A DNA stretch of 63,130 bases, counting the filler, from Octopus bimaculoides (lineage: Eukaryota), in NCBI RefSeq assembly GCF_001194135.2. It is 6 parts of 5 records of this genome, joined end to end, with 100 filler letters (N's around TTAATTAATTAA, not from the genome) between each part and the next. Parts side by side here need not be neighbours in the genome. Positions count along the whole stretch, not along the records: positions 58,360 to 63,130 come from NC_068992.1; 5 more parts are not named here. One strand, written 5' to 3'. Below, piece by piece: positions 62,843 through 63,130 of this stretch. Both the position numbers and the translations under genes were made by a program. The notes beneath the pieces were generated by a model. It saw only the letters and a list, made by a program, of their open reading frames with translations. It made no database searches and was not told the DNA's origin. The stretch's first letter is position 1. Every line of letters begins with the position of its first letter.

Positions 62843-63130
62843 CCTACCTACCTATCTATCTATCTATCTATCTATCTCTTCTCATGGACGTGCTGTCACA
62901 TCGGCTGTGAAGGTAAACGTTTATTTGACCATTTACTGTCCACATTTTGTTGGAATTTTTAAATAATTTTGTTGCGAAGCACCTAGGCTTCATTTGTGTG
63001 TATTTTCAAGGGCAGGAATTGACCCCCAGGGGCAGTTTCGGCCCTAGCAAAATACAAAAATTTCCTTCTTGACATTTGAAAAATGTCGAGAAACATAATT
63101 TTGGAACGCTTGTCTTGTTCTTTTGACAAG

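Overview
Repeat-dense, gap-rich eukaryotic scaffold window with many N runs, (AT)n/(CA)n/(CATA)n/(ATC)n/(AAT)n/(GATA)n microsatellites and dense SINE-like repeats. The repeat repertoire suggests a cephalopod (octopus-like) genome; this is an inference, not a database result. I can support no intact host gene, and most long ORFs in the track are microsatellite or N-run artefacts. The main structure is a nest at about 5.0-14.5 kb. A Penelope-like element (minus strand, with an inverted GIY-YIG/3' segment at its 5' end) is split inside its RT by a full-length but decayed Ty3/Gypsy element (both LTRs, TACC TSD, PBS). The Gypsy 3' LTR carries a 782-bp foldback DNA element with 29-bp TIRs, an 8-bp TSD and head-to-head TTAGGG-like arrays. 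Also present: two R4/Dong-type RLE LINE 3' fragments, a second Penelope endonuclease fragment, four Tc1/mariner remnants (DD41D and maT-like), and several tRNA-derived SINE families including a tandem array. The most unusual observation is a short non-coding module carrying a minimal Penelope-type hammerhead ribozyme. It occurs twice after (AAT)n: once behind a tRNA-like Pol III head with a perfect 33-bp inverted duplication, and once behind a different repeat body. It is a candidate Penelope-mobilised, ribozyme-bearing SINE/retrozyme-like system.
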